From: Roseibium sp.
GTDB taxonomy: Bacteria; Pseudomonadota; Alphaproteobacteria; Rhizobiales; Stappiaceae
DNA length: 64,000 nucleotides
NCBI RefSeq assembly: GCF_051016195.1
Contig: NZ_CP134616.1
Coordinates: 956,110 to 1,020,109, forward strand
Reading direction: 5' to 3'
Below are positions 61,009 through 64,000 of this stretch, piece after piece (within the stretch, counting starts at the first letter, position 1; each line of letters begins with the position of its first letter). The notes beneath the pieces were generated by a model that ran no database searches, had not been told where the DNA came from, and saw only the letters and a program-made list of their open reading frames with translations. The position numbers and the translations under genes were made by a program.

Positions 61009-63120
61009 ATGCAATCAGGATCTCAAACCGGAGTGACCGGTATCAACGACGTCGTGTCGCTTGAGCGCCAAGGTCCGGTCGCGCTTGTGTCATTGAACAA
61101 TCCGCCGGTGAACGCGGCTTCCCACGCGGTGCGCTCGGGTATCTGGAAAGCCATCGAAACCCTGCAGGAAGACGCGGATGTCAAGGTCATTGCCCTTTAT
61201 GGCGAAGGCCGGACCTTCATAGCAGGCGCGGATATCCGAGAGTTCGGCAAACCGCCGAAAGACCCGTGGCTCCCGGATCTTTGCAATTTCATCGAGGACA
61301 GCAAGACGCCGGTTGTCTGTGTTCTTCACGGAACGACACTTGGCGGCGGGCTGGAAGTCGCGCTTGCCAGCCACGTTCGGGTCGCGCTGCCCGGTACACG
61401 GGTCGGGCTGCCCGAAGTCACGCTTGGCATCCTGCCGGGCGCAGGCGGCACGCAGCGCACGCCGCGTCTTGCCGGTATTGCGGCCTCTCTTGACCTCATC
61501 ACGGGCGGCAAGCCGATCCCGGCCGAGTCGGCACTGGACCAGGGTCTGATCGATCGGATCGCCACCGGAGACCCGCGAGAAGCCGCCGTCGCGGCTGCCG
61601 AGGACCTTCTCGCGGGCAAGCTGGAAGCAAGGCGCACCTGCGATCTGCCGGTTGAAGAAGACGCCGATGCCGTTGCGGCCATGCGGGCGAAACTCGCCAA
61701 GACCCAACCGCTTCTCTTCTCGCCACACAAATGTGTCGATGCTGTCGAGGCGAGCCGGCTGCCGCGGGACGAGGGCCTGAAGGAAGAGCGCCGCCTCTTC
61801 AACGAATGCATGAACAGCCCGCAACGGGCCGGACTGATCCATGCGTTCTTCGCTGAGCGCGCGGTCGCCAAGGTTCCGGAAGCCGCCGCAACGCCACGGG
61901 ACGTTCAAAAAATCGGTGTGATCGGCGGCGGCACGATGGGCTCGGGCATAGCAACGGCTGCGCTTCTTGCAGGGTTCGACGTCACGATGACGGAGAGGGA
62001 TCAGGCCGGTCTCGACCGGGGCAAGGCGACGATCACGTCCAATCTCGACGGTGCGGTGAAACGCGGCAAGCTGACATCCGACGTCCGGGAAAACATCCTG
62101 TCCGAAAAGCTGTCCACGGCAACAGAGCTCGAGGCTCTTTCCGATGCCGACCTGATTATCGAGGCCGTGTTCGAAGACATGGGCGTCAAACGCGAAATCT
62201 TCGAAACGCTGGACAAGATCGCAAAGCCCGGAGCCGTGCTGGCGTCCAACACCTCCTATCTCGACGTCAACCAGATCGCAGAGGCGACGCGCCGGCCGGA
62301 AGACGTTGTCGGTCTGCACTTCTTCTCTCCCGCGCACATCATGCGTCTCATGGAAGTTGTCGTTGCCGACAAGACGGGGGCGGATGCGGTTGCCACCGGG
62401 TTTGCCCTTGCCAAGAAGCTGAAGAAGATTGCAGTGCGCTCCGGCGTCTGCGACGGTTTCATCGGCAACCGCATCATGACCTTCTACAAGAAGGCGGCCG
62501 ACTACATGATGATGGACGGCGCGTCTCCGGAGGAGATCGACAGGGCGATCACCGGGTTCGGCTTCGCCATGGGCCCCTACCAGGTCGCCGACCTTGCCGG
62601 GCTCGACATCAGCTGGGCAGCCAACAAACGCCGTGCAGCGACGCGCCCCGCAGAAGAGCGTTACATCCCGATCGCCGACGAGATCTGCGAAAAAGGCTGG
62701 TTCGGCCGCAAGACGGGGCAGGGATTTTACATCTACGACGCCGAGGGCACGCGTCCGAACCCGGAGGCGCTTGCGATCATCGACGCGGAGCGCGCCAAGG
62801 CGGGCGTGACGCCGCGCACCTTTGCCGGCGACGAGATCGTCAGCCGCTTCGTGACGGCGATGATCCTGGAGGCAACGCGCGTTCTGGAAGAGGGCATCGC
62901 GCTCCGGCCCGTTGATATCGACGCTGTGTTCCTGTTCGGCTACGGCTTTCCGCGCTTCCGCGGCGGGCCGATGCATACGGCCGATCAGATCGGCGCTGCG
63001 GAACTGGTGCGGCGGATCGAAACCTATGCCGGGGAAGACGACTATTACTGGCAGGTTCCGTCCCTGCTGCGGAAGCTCGCCGAAAGCGGCGGCACGTTTG
63101 CGGGGATGAATGAAAGCTGA
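61009..63120 (+). CDS. Bifunctional enoyl-CoA hydratase / 3-hydroxyacyl-CoA dehydrogenase (FadB-type)
   Basis: FIAGADI, LGGGLEVAL, GVIGGGTMGSGIA, IEAVFED, SNTSYL, HFFSP, GFIGNR. Confidence 0.93.
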   Translation: MQSGSQTGVTGINDVVSLERQGPVALVSLNNPPVNAASHAVRSGIWKAIETLQEDADVKVIALYGEGRTFIAGADIREFGKPPKDPWLPDLCNFIEDSKTPVVCVLHGTTLGGGLEVALASHVRVALPGTRVGLPEVTLGILPGAGGTQRTPRLAGIAASLDLITGGKPIPAESALDQGLIDRIATGDPREAAVAAAEDLLAGKLEARRTCDLPVEEDADAVAAMRAKLAKTQPLLFSPHKCVDAVEASRLPRDEGLKEERRLFNECMNSPQRAGLIHAFFAERAVAKVPEAAATPRDVQKIGVIGGGTMGSGIATAALLAGFDVTMTERDQAGLDRGKATITSNLDGAVKRGKLTSDVRENILSEKLSTATELEALSDADLIIEAVFEDMGVKREIFETLDKIAKPGAVLASNTSYLDVNQIAEATRRPEDVVGLHFFSPAHIMRLMEVVVADKTGADAVATGFALAKKLKKIAVRSGVCDGFIGNRIMTFYKKAADYMMMDGASPEEIDRAITGFGFAMGPYQVADLAGLDISWAANKRRAATRPAEERYIPIADEICEKGWFGRKTGQGFYIYDAEGTRPNPEALAIIDAERAKAGVTPRTFAGDEIVSRFVTAMILEATRVLEEGIALRPVDIDAVFLFGYGFPRFRGGPMHTADQIGAAELVRRIETYAGEDDYYWQVPSLLRKLAESGGTFAGMNES

Positions 63121-63211
63121 GCCATAAAGCCCGGCTCTCGTGTTGGCCAGGTTTTGCTTACGCAGCGTATTCAAGGCATGATGCACCATTCATATATTTT
63201 TGAGGTGCATC

Positions 63212-64000
63212 ATGGCCAAATATCTGCGTCTGCGCAGCGGCGTCGCGCCGCTTGTTTTGTTCGTTGCTCTTGCGCTTTCATTGCCCGCCTGGGCTCAAAC
63301 AACTTATCTCAATGACAAGAGTTCATTCGACATCGCCTGGACCACGCTGACCAAGGAGATCGGCGACAGCGACCTTCTGTGGCTGAGGGTCGAACCTGAC
63401 AGTTTTTCGGTTATTGCCGCAACCGGACGGGACGGCGAAGAATTCAATCTCTGGTCAGTGCGGCGCAACGGCCGCGATCCGGGTTCCGTAGACGAACTCC
63501 ATGGACCGATGCATATGGCAGACGGTCCGAAGTTTGTCGTCCCGCCCGAGCGTTTCAGCCAGGCGGAACTGCAGATTTCGAAGCTGTGGTCCATTTTGAG
63601 CGCTGCACCGGACAACCTGCCGACCAGGAACCCGGGAACGGTGACCGCGGCCGCAGCCGCCCTGGGCCCGGTTCTCGGTCAGGCAGAATGGGCGGTGAAG
63701 TGGAACATCTCGGTCAGAAGCGATCGCGAGCACGGGCAGGTCTATGCGCTCGCCGACGGCCGCTTCGACGGCGCCGATATCAGTCACACCGAGCGTTGCC
63801 GGTCAATGAACCTGCGGACACAGTCCGATTGGCCGTTCGAAGGAGCCGAAAACCGATTTGCCGACGTCATCGGTCCGGGTGAACACGTCTTCGAAATCAA
63901 GGTACTGACCCATGGCGTCGAAATTGATGCCGTGTCGCCGACCGATCCGACAGCGATACAGGACTATCGCTGGAACGGTGGCAGCTTCCGGCGCGGGATC
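63212..64000 (+). CDS. Secreted hypothetical protein (runs off the window end; not in the ORF track)
   Basis: GAGG RBS, ATG 63212; MAKYLRLRSGVAPLVLFVALALSLPAWA signal peptide; frame open to 64000. Confidence 0.7.
   Translation, partial: MAKYLRLRSGVAPLVLFVALALSLPAWAQTTYLNDKSSFDIAWTTLTKEIGDSDLLWLRVEPDSFSVIAATGRDGEEFNLWSVRRNGRDPGSVDELHGPMHMADGPKFVVPPERFSQAELQISKLWSILSAAPDNLPTRNPGTVTAAAAALGPVLGQAEWAVKWNISVRSDREHGQVYALADGRFDGADISHTERCRSMNLRTQSDWPFEGAENRFADVIGPGEHVFEIKVLTHGVEIDAVSPTDPTAIQDYRWNGGSFRRGI

Overview
High-GC alphaproteobacterial chromosome segment. The gene order ubiB-ubiE-mutM-enoyl-CoA hydratase-rpsT-dnaA-dnaN-recF-gyrB suggests Hyphomicrobiales, possibly Roseibium/Labrenzia-like (inference). 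Bases 1-14.2 kb are conserved housekeeping, replication and repair genes. The rest is an accessory mosaic. It holds exported metallohydrolases (DUF3604-like, and a Tat-exported MBL-fold enzyme with a CobW chaperone and a membrane-anchored TPR regulator) and two TRAP/GntR catabolic loci, one containing a yellow/MRJP beta-propeller gene. It also holds a GGDEF/degenerate-EAL protein, rlpA, an FeS-type photolyase, and tRNA-Arg(CCG) followed by att-like signals and a decaying defence island (intact GmrSD-type nuclease, frameshifted DUF429 gene, brxL-like remnant). Further on are an AT-richer DUF4041/LprI insert, a creatinase with a Pot-type ABC transporter, and a FadB-type enzyme. The best leads for something undescribed are: an 88-aa orphan mini-Hcp-like protein ending in DDFLF; an orphan ~66-nt sRNA candidate with its own promoter, operator and terminator; the TPR-sensor/small-protein/Tat-MBL/CobW module; the MRJP-containing catabolic operon; an SOS box in front of a glycine-rich-protein/alkB operon; and a CTAG-bounded palindromic repeat family. 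All family assignments come from motif recognition by eye; no searches or computations were run.
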